Assembly: GCA_903813345.2 (NCBI GenBank)
Contig: CAIIXF020000001.1
Span: 1 to 64,000 of the forward strand
Direction: 5' to 3'
Source of the DNA: Owenia fusiformis
Taxonomy: Eukaryota
DNA: 64,000 bases
The notes below the pieces were generated by a model. The model did not search any database, was not told the origin of the DNA, and worked only from the letters and a program-made list of their open reading frames with translations. A program made the translations under genes and the position numbers. Below are positions 39,001 through 48,592 of this stretch, in pieces (position 1 is the stretch's first letter; each line of letters starts with the position of its first letter).

Positions 39001-42000
39001 AGCACAACCATTTGAATGAGCAGAACCAGACATCTCTCTTCTATTCTTAATCCTATAGCATTCAGAAATAAGATGACCAGGCTTTTTACAATAGTTACAG
39101 GTGACATTTGATGTTGGACCTGACGATTTTGATTGATCTGATTTTGAGCTAGAGCTCTGTGATGAATAAGACTGGTCTTTTGCTTTGTTTGATGTATTTG
39201 ATGATGAGGACTGGTTTGATTTTGTATCATATGAAGGTTTGTTACCTTGATAACCTCTAAAGTTAGGATTGCCCTTGATAAAACTACCCTTATGAGTAAG
39301 AGCATAATCATCAGACAGGGTGGCAGCTTGGCTTAAAGTTTCTACCTTGTGTTCATCTAAGTAAGTTCTAATGTGATACTGAACACAGTTTTTAAATTGT
39401 TCTATTAGCATAAGCTCTCTGAGCTTTTTAAACTCTTCAGATACATCTTTAGAGACAAGCCACCTGTCAAAAAGCTGCTCTTGCTCTCTAGCAAACTCAA
39501 CATGGGTTTGGTCACTCTGTTTGTGGGCATTTCTAAATTTTTGTCTGTAAGCTTCTGGTACTAGTTCATAAGCTTTAAGAATTGCATTTTTAACTAGGTC
39601 ATAATCAGAGCATACTTCTCCTGAGAGAGAGGCAAATATTTCACTTGCTTTACCAATGAATACACTCTGGAGCATAACTGGCCATGCAGATTTAGGCCAG
39701 TCTAGGCTCTGAGCAACTTTTTCAAAATGTGTAAAGTATTTATCAACATTTTTCTCTTGAAATTTAGGTACAAATTTGAGAAATTTTGAAGCATCAAATC
39801 TATTTTCAAAATGTTGATGCATAGTAGCATGTTCCTCAGATTTGGATTGAGCTTCTATCTCAAGACGTTTTAATTCAATTTCTCTCTGAATTTCTTGTTC
39901 TCTCATTTGTCTTTCATTTTCTCTTTTTTCTCTTTCATTTTGCATTTCTAACTCTTTTTCTCTCAATTCTCTAATTTCTCTTTCTTTTTGAATTTCTAAC
40001 TCTTTCACTCTCAATTCTTTTTCATTTTGCAACTCTTTTTCTCTCAATTCCCTAATTTCTCTTTCTTTTTGAATTTCTAACTCTTTCTCTCTCAATTCAA
40101 GTTCTTTAAGCCTAGTAGGATCAGTATGCTCGACATGCTGGGCTGGCTCCTCAGGCAGAAGTGATTCTGCGACCAAATATTGAAGTACAAAGTTTTTAAT
40201 TGTACCTTTATTGTATGAGCTTTTGACTGACAGGCCAACATGTTTCGCAATTGCCAGAAGTTCAGTTTTCTTTAAATCATCAAATTCCTCCAAAGAGGGC
40301 GCTTCTAAGAATGTCTCAACCTCAAAACTCATTTTCAGTTAATTGCTGTCTTCACAATATAAATTCACAATTTTCGAATTTTGAAATATTTGAATTTTAG
40401 CTTGTTGTAGTTGTATCCCGGACAAGCCCCCAATTTCTGTTACGTTCGAAAATAACAGAAAGTAAAAACAGCAATTAAAATATGATAACAATATATTTAT
40501 ATTTTGAAAACTAAATAATATAACAATAATATAAAGGAGGTTTAATACTTAAGTGATGTCCAATCAATGATACGGCTTATTCTAGATGTCGATAAATGTC
40601 GTTGATGATCCTTGAGAATGTTCCAGATCACGAAATGATTCAATAATCGTTAATAGCTCTCCAATGTTTGTAATAATCCAATAATGTTTGTTGTAATCCT
40701 ATAATGTTCGTATCCAATAATGTTTGATGATAATCCACAAATGTTTGATGATAATCCACAAATGTTTATGATAATCCATATATAGAGTGTGTTATAATAT
40801 ATGTCCATATAAAGTCCTCAGGTTGTATGTTTGTAGTGTTATAAATGTTCCCACAGTATGTGTCTGTTATTTTCTGCTAAGAAGATGTCTTTTGATCAAC
40901 TTTGAAATTCTGCTTTATTTAGTTCCTTTGAGATGTCCAGTTATGATTACTTAATTATCTGCTAGCGAGAGTCACTGTGCTGTTCTTTTTTATAATGTGA
41001 AAGAATGATCCAGAAACGAATCTTCTGGAACTACATCTTGATTGGACATCTTTAGTGACATGATTCAATCTGATTAAATGTTTACTAGTTTCCGAATATT
41101 CTAGAAGGTCAAGAGTTAATGAGTCATTCAGTTCAGTTTTGTTTACAAGATACAGTGTATAATGTCATTGTGACCTTGACCTAAGATCTCTAATGAAGCA
41201 TAGCTCAACATATACAGCAAGCATAGATTACAAATTAAAAAACTATAGGTGAATATAGTAGAATATAATATACATGTAGCTCACTACTGTAACATATGTT
41301 ATGGTCAATCCTTCTTTAGGTTACAATAATGTTTTATGGGCAATCCCTCTTTTGGTTGCCATAATGTGTTATGGGCAATCCCTCTTTTGGTTACAATAAT
41401 ATGTTATGGGTAATCCCTCCTTTGGTTACAATAATGTGTTGTATGGGCAATCCCTCTTTTGGTAACCGTAATATGTTATGGGCAATCCCTCTTTTGGTTA
41501 CAATAATGTGTTATGGTCAATCCATCTTTTGGTTGCCATAATGTTTTATGGCCCAACCCTCTTTGGTTACAATAATGTGTTATGGGCAATCCCTCTTTTG
41601 GTTGCCATAATGTGTTATGGGCAATCCATCTTTTGGTTACCGTAATGTGTTATGGGCAATCCATCTTTTGGTTACCATAATGTGTTATGGGCAATCACTC
41701 TTTTGGTTACAATAATGTGTTATGGGCAATCCCTCTTTTGGTAACCGTAATATGTTATGGGCAATCCCTCTTTTGGTTACAATAATGTGTTATGGTCAAT
41801 CCATCTTTTGGTTGCCATAATGTTTTATGGCCCAACCCTCTTTGGTTACAATAATGTGTTATGGGCAATCCCTCTTTTGGTTGCCATAATGTGTTATGGG
41901 CAATCCATCTTTTGGTTACAATAATGTGTTATGGGCAATCCCTCTTTTGGTTGCCATAATGTGTTATGGGCAATCCATCTTTTCGTTACAATAATGTGTT

Positions 42001-45000
42001 ATTGGCAATCCCTCTTTTGGTAACCGTAATATGTTATGGGCAATCCCTCTTTTGGTTACCATAATATGTTATGGGTAATCCCTCCTTTGGTTACAATAAT
42101 GTGTTATGGGCAATCCCTCTTTTGGTAACCGTAATATGTTATGGGCAATCCCTCTTTTGGTTACAATAATGTGTTATGGTCTATCCATCTTTTGGTTGCC
42201 ATAATGTTTTATGGCCCAACCCTCTTTGGTTACAATAATGTGTTATGGGCAATCCCTCTTTTGGTTGCCATAATGTGTTATGGGCAATCCCTCTTTTGGT
42301 TACAATAATATGTTATGGGTAATCCCTCCTTTGGTTACAATAATGTGTTATGGGTAATCCCTCCTTTGGTTACAATAATGTGTTATGGGTAATTCCTCTT
42401 TTGGTTACAATAATGTGTTATGGTCAATCCATCTTTTGGTTACAATAATGTGTTATGGGCAATTTCTCTTTTGGTTGCCATAATGTGTTATGGGCAATCT
42501 CTCTTTTGGTTACAATAATGTGTTATGGGCAATCCCTCTTTTGGTTGCCATAATGTGTTATGGGCAATCCCTCTTTTGGTTACAATAATATGTTATGGGT
42601 AATCCCTCCTTTGGTTACAATAATGTGTTATGGGTAATCCCTCCTTTGGTTACAATAATGTGTTATGGGTAATTCCTCTTTTGGTTGCCATAATGTGTTA
42701 TGGGCAATCTCTCTTTTGGTTACCATTATGTGTTATGGGCAATCCCTCTTTTGGTTACCATTATGTGTTATGGTTAGTCCATCTTTTGGTTACAATAATG
42801 TTTTATGGGCAATCCATCTTTTGGTTACAATAATATGTTATGGGTAATCCCTCCTTTGGTTACAATAATGTGTTATGGGTAATCCCTCCTTTGGTTACAA
42901 TAATGTGTTATGGGTAATTCCTCTTTTAGTTACCATTATGTGTTATGGTCAATTCCTCTTTTGGTTACAATAATGTGTTATGGGTAATTCCTCTTTTGGT
43001 TACCATTATGTGTTATGGGCAATCCCTCTTTTGGTTACCATTATGTGTTATGGTTAGTCCATCTTTTGGTTACAATAATGTTTTATGGCCAATCCATCTT
43101 TTGGTTACAATAATGTGTTATGGGCAATCCCTCTTTTGGTTGCCATAATGTGTTATGGGCAATCCCTCTTTTGGTTACAATAATATGTTATGGGTAATCC
43201 CTCTTTTGGTTACAATAATGTGTTATGGGCAATCCCTCCTTTGGTTACAATAATGTGTTATGGGCAATCCCTCTTTTGGTAACCGTAATATGTTATGGGC
43301 AATCCCTCTTTTGGTTGCCATAATGTGTTATGGGCAATCCTTCTTTTGGTTACCATAATGTTTTTTAGTCAATCCTTTTTTGGATACCATAATGTGTAAT
43401 GGGCAATCCCTCTTTTGGTTACCATAATGTGTTATGGGCAATCCTTCTTTTGGTTACCATAATGTTTTATAGTCAATCCCTTTTTTGGTAACCATAATGT
43501 GTAATGGGCAATCCCTCTTTTGGTTACCATAATGTGTTATGGGCAATCCTTCTTTTGGTTACCATAATGTGTTATGGTCAATCCTTCTTTTGCTTAATAT
43601 AATGTTTTATAGTCAATCCCTTTTTTGGTTACCATAATGTGTAATGGGCAATCCCTATCTTTGTTACAGAGAAAGGTAGGACTGAAGTGATATGAATTGA
43701 TTGTCAGTTTAGGTTTAAAGTTTTTTATTATCATTTAAACAAAACAAATTACAAACACAGCATTGTCAGTGATAGTTTATATATACTGCCCATGTAATAA
43801 CCCTTTAAATAACAAGGATCGCTTAGGCTGTTGCATGTTTAACTTCTTCCATAGCTGATATATATATATAGGTTATTTCATGCTTGATTTTCAATATGAA
43901 TTTTATTCCAGGGTAATATGATATTGACCGAGGGAAATATGATATTGACCGAACGAGCGTAGCAAGTGAGTGTCAATATGATATTTACCGAGGTCAATGT
44001 CATATTTCCCGTGGAATAAAATTCATATTGAAAATCAAGCATGAAATAACCTTTTTATTCCATAATTCAATTTTTGAGAATTCAAGGAAAAAGATATTTC
44101 AAGAAAATTGAAAAATTGAAAATTTTTTAAATAAATGAAAATTTTTGAAAAAAAAACTTTTTTTGAAAAAAAGGGACAATATGATTTTTTACAGGGACAA
44201 TATGATTTTTCGAGTATATATGATTTTAAGAGGGATAATATGATTTTATTTCCCAGGGAAAACAGTAGTATTATGGAATAAATAGAGGTTATTTAATGGG
44301 TTAGATGGAATATGAATTTTATTTCAAGGGAAAATATGATATTGACCAAGGAAAATATCATATTGACCGAGGGCGACAGTCCGAGTGTAAATATGATATT
44401 TTCCAAGGCCAATATCATATTTTCTTGAGGAAAAATTCATATTCCATCCCCAACATCAATAACATATTTATTCCATAATCTTTTTCTGAAATTTGTTTTG
44501 TATGTCGTCACCCAATGATGGTGACATTTAATTTATTGCATGAAATTTTCAACTTTTGTTTAATACCAAGTTTTAAAATAGAAATAGTTTATAATAATAT
44601 TAAATATTATATATATAATAATTATTAAGTCTCATGAACTTGTCTGATATTTCTGATACGGGATCTGGGATTTTGGCTGATACGAGATCTGATTTTTTGA
44701 ATATCAATTTTATTCCCTGTTATTTTCCCGGGGAAAACATGTTATTATGGAATAATATATTCTTTTCCTGCAGGTCCATGGCAGCATTTGCAGGAATGTG
44801 TGATGGTGGTTCCACAGAGGATGGTTGCCAGGCTGCTTCTAGAGATGAAACTACTATCAATGCTCTTGATATGGTGAGTTGATCCTCTTCAAATAATTTG
44901 CAATTGAAGAACAGTTAAAACTTCAAAATTAAAGAAATATTCTCATTTTTATGTTATTCTGTGTCAAATGATTAAAAATTTATTTTTTAGGTTATCACTA

Positions 45001-45169
45001 TTTTTGGTAAACAATATATCATTTTATTTCTTTGATTCATAAATGTTAACGTGTTTGTGGTGTTTTCCAGCTGCATGCCTCCAGATACGACACTGGGAAA
45101 GCGCTTCAAGGTCTTGTCAAGTGCCCTGTTCCTAGGAGCATAGAAAAGAAATGGAATGATGAAGAATCT
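5806..45169 (+). CDS. RERE: RERE/atrophin-like nuclear corepressor (BAH-ELM2-SANT), spliced CDS, 3'-partial; join(5806-6082,11399-11469,15113-15218,29426-29522,30298-30451,31918-32045,44774-44873,45071-45169)
   Basis: Eight GT-AG bounded segments join in frame (1032 nt). Peptides match remembered RERE sequence: [112 protein letters not shown]. The next SANT exon was not found in the window. Confidence 0.95.
6682..7792. mobile_element. PIF/Harbinger-like MITE
   Basis: ~45-bp TIR GGGGCGGGGTCAAAATATCGATGTTCATATGGAGACGAAA; TAA on both flanks. Confidence 0.75.
7115..7616. mobile_element. hAT-like MITE nested in the Harbinger-like MITE
   Basis: Perfect 13-bp TIR CAGGCCTGTCAAC; 6-bp TSD ATAAAG (7109-7114, 7617-7622). 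Confidence 0.8.
8808..9162. repeat. 113-bp tandem repeat, 3 copies
   Basis: Units start at 8808, 8921 and 9034. Confidence 0.9.
9201..11060. mobile_element. Non-autonomous TIR element with ~350-bp arms rich in CCATGG motifs, TA TSD
   Basis: TA|CCCTTAAGAAAAAAGCCATGG ... CCATGGCTTTTTCTTAAGGG|TA; arms ~9201-9550 and ~10710-11060 are reverse complements. Confidence 0.85.
11399..11469 (+). CDS. RERE: RERE coding exon 2, BAH start ([24 protein letters not shown])
   Basis: ttttcag| acceptor, |gtaagt donor; phase matches exon 1; resembles RERE DCVYIES...PYFICSIQDFKL. Confidence 0.9.
12085..13090. repeat. 54/55-bp minisatellite, ~18 copies, inside a MITE (~12003-13270)
   Basis: Unit GGCCATG(G/T)TCGGATTTTCCCTGTTCTTTCAGATATTCATC(T/C)ACGTTTG-T6/7; flanks match the element at 53165-53690. 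Confidence 0.95.
15113..15218 (+). CDS. RERE: RERE coding exon 3 ([35 protein letters not shown])
   Basis: ttgtag| acceptor, |gtaagt donor; BAH motif VKWFYR. Confidence 0.93.
15595..16385. mobile_element. pogo/Tc1-mariner-like MITE
   Basis: TA|CCGTATTTGCTGTAATAAGCGCCC ... GGGCCCTTATTATGGTGATTACGA|TA, degenerate TIR. Confidence 0.55.
16977..18138 (+). mobile_element. Solo LTR (1162 bp)
   Basis: TGTTGGGT...ACCCAACA termini, 4-bp TSD ATAT, TATATAAG at ~17908 and AATAAA at 18061. Confidence 0.75.
20914..22166 (+). mobile_element. Helentron-associated (HINE/DINE-1-like) element with ~120-bp internal tandem repeats
   Basis: subTIR ATCCCATCGAAC (20916) / GTTCGATGGGAT (22121), GTCC microsatellite near the 5' end, T-rich flanks; a 3' fragment of the same family lies at ~14930-15082. 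Confidence 0.7.
22601..23533 (+). mobile_element. 3'-truncated copy of the second Helentron-type family
   Basis: Starts TTTATGTCCCCACCACATAGTGTGGGG, as at 46578, and carries the ~162-bp repeat. Confidence 0.7.
25988..26186. repeat. 27-bp minisatellite, ~7 copies
   Basis: Unit GATTGCTAAGCCCTGAAAGGGAGTGGG. Confidence 0.95.
26310..27188. repeat. 45-bp minisatellite, ~19 copies, probably inside a MITE (~26240-27409)
   Basis: Unit AGAG(A/G)TTCAATTAACATTAGGTTAGTAGGGCTGAAGTGTTCTATT; flanks TAAAACCTGTATAAGTGG ... CCACTTAAG...GGTTTTACTG look like TIRs. Confidence 0.93.
28178..29425 (+). repeat. ~105-bp tandem array of 11 degenerate copies of the RERE exon-4 acceptor junction
   Basis: Each unit is ~45 nt of intron ending TTGCTTGTTT(C/T)TAG plus ~60 nt matching the start of exon 4 (...AAAGACCCAGTCATCAAAGCAAGGGA...). 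Confidence 0.93.
29426..29522 (+). CDS. RERE: RERE coding exon 4 ([33 protein letters not shown])
   Basis: tttctag| acceptor, AG|gtaaga donor; the only copy in the local array that is in frame and has a donor. Confidence 0.92.
30298..30451 (+). CDS. RERE: RERE coding exon 5 ([10 protein letters not shown]...[10 protein letters not shown]), BAH end / ELM2 start
   Basis: ttacag| acceptor, CAG|gtaaag donor; ELM2 opening motif IRVGPSHQ. Confidence 0.95.
30751..31781. mobile_element. Kolobok-like MITE with a ~300-bp internal duplication
   Basis: TTAA|AGGAGTGGTAT ... ATACCACTCCT|TTAT; an inverted, interrupted copy lies at 45239-48731. Confidence 0.65.
31918..32045 (+). CDS. RERE: RERE coding exon 6 (ARLPVYQ...[12 protein letters not shown]), ELM2
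   Basis: tttcag| acceptor, AG|gtatgt donor. Confidence 0.94.
32265..32377. mobile_element. 113-bp hAT-like mini-MITE inserted in the satellite
   Basis: TIR CAGGGTTCTCAC(T/C)AG; flanks CTTAC / TTTAC. Confidence 0.7.
37258..40332 (-). CDS. Gag-protease-degenerate integrase polyprotein (1024 aa)
   Basis: Coiled-coil gag N-terminus, SCAN-like capsid segment ([13 protein letters not shown]), CCHC knuckle [14 protein letters not shown], protease LRDTGAS, integrase HHCC (HDSPMAGH...CYTC), core start IDCVGPLP, then decay; no YxDD RT motif. Confidence 0.92.
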   Translation of the reverse strand: MSFEVETFLEAPSLEEFDDLKKTELLAIAKHVGLSVKSSYNKGTIKNFVLQYLVAESLLPEEPAQHVEHTDPTRLKELELREKELEIQKEREIRELREKELQNEKELRVKELEIQKEREIRELREKELEMQNEREKRENERQMREQEIQREIELKRLEIEAQSKSEEHATMHQHFENRFDASKFLKFVPKFQEKNVDKYFTHFEKVAQSLDWPKSAWPVMLQSVFIGKASEIFASLSGEVCSDYDLVKNAILKAYELVPEAYRQKFRNAHKQSDQTHVEFAREQEQLFDRWLVSKDVSEEFKKLRELMLIEQFKNCVQYHIRTYLDEHKVETLSQAATLSDDYALTHKGSFIKGNPNFRGYQGNKPSYDTKSNQSSSSNTSNKAKDQSYSSQSSSSKSDQSKSSGPTSNVTCNYCKKPGHLISECYRIKNRREMSGSAHSNGCATVPISRKPIVWDSYTHTEKSTHSDIMEDYKPFMSEGSVSLSSDGTNSKPIKILRDTGASQTLLLEGVLPLSEESFTGTHILMQGIELGFTKVPLHRIHITSELVKGPVIVGVRPQLPVEGVALLLGNDLAGGKVSLDPIVSDQPCSIEDSVQEDSDIYPACAVTRAMAKRLADSGDSSVGDDFDSGFLSSLFDDECHSPLVKDDPYPILKANSSLKQPSVRAKQSSIEAYSSLKKPIARGDSPSEQDHYFNAVSPALASPDEVSSSSASVHEVSSPPCSEVSSSSSSEVSSSISDSDSLKNDPHSKHMLIYEQEHDPSLIDLHKRCLTIDEADKVPVCFYKKDGILMRKWRPPEASPEDDWAIVHQIVVPKSYHKEILSLAHDSPMAGHLGVTKTYHKILNHFYWPKLKQDVQEYCRSCYTCQMVGKPNQKIPIAPLHPIPAFDEPFSKVLIDCVGPLPKTKSNNQYLLTILSMATQFPEIKSLLMLKNSKTKYIVKSQINNFTLVGLSKELISDLQSDSVLNDFFCIDKTTPVRCKELHMMKRYVQRDKFLTQHDLVLLALRPNLYVNDNYMLFKSQIL
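40415..40432 (-). promoter_or_regulatory. Primer-binding site, tRNA-Pro
   Basis: TGGGGGCTTGTCCGGGAT, one mismatch to the canonical Pro PBS TGGGGGCTCGTCCGGGAT, 5 nt inside the 5' LTR boundary. Confidence 0.9.
43870..44757. mobile_element. Two head-to-tail hairpin-headed elements (~43870-44282 and ~44284-44757)
   Basis: Each has an ~80-90-bp stem with a small apical stem-loop, then TTTATTCCATAAT pairing with a terminal ATTATGGAATAA; the first begins in a (TA)n run. Confidence 0.65.
44774..44873 (+). CDS. RERE: RERE coding exon 7 ([33 protein letters not shown]), ELM2
   Basis: cctgcag| acceptor, |gtgagt donor; nearly identical to the vertebrate RERE motif. Confidence 0.96.
45071..45169 (+). 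CDS. RERE: RERE coding exon 8 ([33 protein letters not shown]), ELM2 end / SANT start
   Basis: ttccag| acceptor, |gtgagt donor. Confidence 0.94.
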
Positions 45170-45570
45170 GTGAGTTTACCTTCATTTTTTATGGGTTTGG
45201 GTTAGGGTTATTTGGGTTAGGGTTATTTCTTGGATATGACTGAATTCAACAATGTTTTTTCTCTTTAACCAATCATTAAAAACATTCTGTAAAAATTTTA
45301 TGTAACGTTGTCTGATTGACAACAATTTAATGCAAAAATTATTTAGAAATATTTTATATAACTGTTTTTGTTAACATTTTTTGTTTTTTTAGTGCAATTG
45401 TTTTTGCTCCTCTCTACCAATTCTTGAGAATGAAATAAAATGTCTTTCCAAACCAAAATAGCATATACAACATGTTTTTAGACCTCTCAATATTAAAGTT
45501 ATACAAAGGAATTTTTGGTTGATTTTAAAAAAGTATTCAAAAAATTAAAACAAAATGCCCCCAAAATAGA

Positions 45571-46560
45571 TAGTACCCCGGACAGGTTGTATGATGCAGT
45601 CGCTTTTTTACTCTATATTTGCAATAGAACAACCATTCTTATTGAAATTTTCATATTTTATTCTGGAGACAATTTTCAACATGGAAAATAAATATTTTGT
45701 CAAAATTTCCAATTTTATGATTTTGACGGGCTTTTTTCAAAAACATTACACTGTCAATAAAATGCATGTTTTTGCTTAAACAATTGAACTTTTGACGTCA
45801 TTTCAAAGATTGTCTAGCTATTGGATTTTTGACAGCCTGAAGTCTTTCCAGATGTATTTGATGCCATATTAATTATGGCTGATTATTGTTATTCATTTTA
45901 GTCATATTCAATAGGCCTAATATTATTACAGTGCATTAGGCCAATGAAAAACTTGTCATTCTGGGTCACGTTTTCTTTGAAAACGCACCTTTTTCTCCAC
46001 TGGGTTTTTCCGCCACCGTCACTCAGCATGCGAGCCCGTGGCACGTAAATTGTACCATGCTTTTAAAATGTCAGGTCTCCCTGACAATTTCATGATAAAA
46101 TTTGACACAGCTGTATTAACATCTCTGAAGGATCTAATGCCAAGAATACTTCGAATAGGAGATTCGTAATGTTTTACTTTATTTTGGACAGTATTGAACA
46201 GACCGGGTTGAACTCATGTCTGTGGACAAGAAGATTGACCTCCTCTACCTAGGCTCAATCTAGGGAACGCTTCACAAAACGAGGTCCAGAGCAACAAATT
46301 TTTATTGCCCTAATGCACTGTAATAATTTTGTTATGACTCAAGTGAATAACAATAATCAGCCATTACTAAGAATATGGCAACAGATATATCTGGGAAGAC
46401 TTTAGGCGGCCGGAAATTCCATAGCCAGACAATATTTGAAATGACGTTAAAAGTTCAATTGTTCAAGCAAAAACCTGTATTTTATTGACAGTGTAGTGTT
46501 TTTGAAAAAAGCCCGTCAAAATCATAAAATTGGAAATTTTGATAAAATATTTATTTTCCA
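45571..46560. mobile_element. Foldback-type element with ~280-bp inverted arms, right end truncated
   Basis: 45682-45965 is the reverse complement of 46285-46560; it interrupts the Kolobok-like copy. Confidence 0.7.
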
Positions 46561-46577
46561 AAATCAAGATAAACCTT

Positions 46578-48026
46578 TTTATGTCCCCACCACATAGTGT
46601 GGGGCCATATTGTCGGCCTAGGCGCGTCCGACTGTCTGTCCGTCCGTCCGTCTGTCAAATGCTAAAATCCTTGTCTGCAAACTTTAAGAAAAACGGCTTC
46701 ACAGTTGCTTTTAAAACTTTAACATCTTGTTCAGCTCACTTCATTCTAGATCTGATTAGGTTTTGGACCTGTTAGCTCAGTCATGTCAGCCATTTTGAAT
46801 GTTTTAAGAAAAGTCAGCGCGCGATAATACTTTGTGTCATATTGAATGGTGTTTTTCAGTTTTCATACTTTAACTATTTAGTAGCTTTATAAATAATTTC
46901 AGGTGTACTTTGTTGTAAAAGCCTATGTTATTGTTAACAGTAGTTATATGTGATAATTTTGTAAAAAGAAATCAGCAAAAACTCATAATGTCTTTTTTTT
47001 ATTGTCGGCCATTTTGGATTTTTCGGTCCTAAAATCTTGTCTGTGAAGTCTTGTCTGCGGGTTTTCAGGTGAACCGTGTGGTGGATCAATTTCAAATTTT
47101 CAGGGATGATTCTAAGTATAAAAATCTAGATCTCAATAGTTTTTTTTGCATTCTGGGTAAATGTCAAGGCAGCCATTTTGGATTTTCCGTCCTAAAATCT
47201 TGTCTGTAAAGTCTTGTCTACGCGTTTTCAGGTGAACTGTTTGGTAGATCAATTTCAAATTTTCAGGGATGATTCTTAGTATGAAAATCTAGAACTGATT
47301 AGTTTTTTGGCATTCTGGGTAAATGTCAAGGCAGCCATTTTGGATTTTCCGTCCTAAAATCTTGTCTGTAAAGTCTTTCTACGCATTTCCAGGTGAACCA
47401 TTCTGTAGATCAATTTCAAATTTTCAGGGATGATTCTTAGAATAAAAATCTAGATCTGCAGCTGATTAGTTTTTTGGCATTCTGGATAAATGTCAAGGCA
47501 GCCATTTTGGATTTTCTGTCTTAAAATCTTGCCTGTAAAGTCTTGTTAATGTGTTTTTAGGTGAACCGTTTGGTAGATCAATTTCAGATTTTCAGGGATG
47601 ATTCTTAGTTTGAACATCTACATCTGATTAGTTTTTTTGCATTCTGCATAAATGTTAAGGCAGCCATTTTGGATTTTCTGTCCTAAAATCTTGTCTGTAA
47701 AGTCTTGTCTACCCGTTTTCAGGTGAACCGTTCGCTAGATCAATTTCATGTTTTCAGGGATGATTCTTAGTATGAAAATCTAGATACAGATTAGTTTTTT
47801 GACATTCTGGGTAAATGTCAAGGCAGCCATTTTGGATTTTCCATCTTGAAATTTTGTCTGTAAAGTCTTGTATACATGTTTTCTGGTTAATTGTGTGACG
47901 GATCATTTCCATTTTGGATTTCCGTTCTCAAATTGTGTTGGAAAAGTCTTGTCTACTCATTTACAGGATAACCATTTGACAGGATCACCCATTGGTGGGG
48001 ACATTTTGTACACATTTGTGTTCTTG
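46578..48026 (+). mobile_element. Complete Helentron-type (HINE) element with a ~162-bp tandem array
   Basis: subTIR ATGTCCCCACC (46581) / GGTGGGGACAT (47994), GTCC/GTCT microsatellite; inserted in a T run without TSD relative to the uninterrupted host copy near 31390. Confidence 0.8.
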
Positions 48027-48226
48027 TATTTCATTAACAAGATACTTTTTTAAAATCAACCAAAATTTCCTTTGTACAATTACAATATTGAGAGACCTAA
48101 ACATGTTGTGTATATGTCATTTTGTTCCAATGAGGTTCGGAAAGATTCATTTCACTCTGGAAACATGATACCAAGAACAAAACAAGTGTTTGATATGTTT
48201 TCTAAAACAATATAGATGAAAGTATA

Positions 48227-48592
48227 TATAGAGATTATCCTATATGAGGTTCAGGATATTGGGATTATCCCGAGGCCAATATAATATATCTGCACGAGGG
48301 CCGTAGGTCCTGAGGGATATGTTCAAATATTTGAATATTAACGGGGCATACTGCTCCTTCCCTTCTTAAAAGCATCAAACAGATCGCGATTGTCTGCGTT
48401 TTTCTCCATTGTCGTTTACAATATGCGAACGTTACAACAACGAACCAATACGGGAACAGCGATTATGACGTAGCAGGCAGATATACTATATCTGCCCGCT
48501 CGGAGTGGGATGTAAAGCTATATCTGCCCGCTGATGAAAATATAAGGTTTTACAAACCGGCTTTATGTAACACGTCCAAGTATGGGATAAAT
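48227..48592. mobile_element. Hairpin-headed MITE in a (TA)n site (duplicate at 53165-53690)
   Basis: TTTATCCCATAC / GTATGGGATAAA inverted repeat reconstructed from the two copies; the empty TA run is visible in the host copy at ~30880. Confidence 0.65.

Larger units (their letters stand above)
35745..41294 (-). mobile_element. Gmr1-like Ty3/gypsy LTR retrotransposon, non-autonomous (no RT/RNase H)
   Basis: 857-bp LTRs at 40438-41294 (5') and 35811-36667 (3'), identical by eye, TG...CA; tRNA-Pro PBS; PPT AAGGAGGGAGG abutting the 3' LTR; TSD TATG at 35741-35744 and 41295-41298. Confidence 0.95.
32046..43665. repeat. 35-bp satellite (~6 kb net, ~170 copies) interrupted by an LTR element and a mini-MITE
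   Basis: Unit ATAATGTGTTATGGGCAATCCCTCTTTTGGTTACC with recurring higher-order variants; arms 32046-35744 and 41295-43665. Confidence 0.97.

Noticed and set aside
32046-43665. CRISPR-like appearance of 35-bp repeats (also the 28-bp array at 56800-60634)
   Set aside because: Units are head to tail with no unique spacers, no cas genes, and the context is a eukaryotic intron.
45199-45226. TTAGGG motifs after exon 8
   Set aside because: Only two separated hexamers; too short to call an interstitial telomere.
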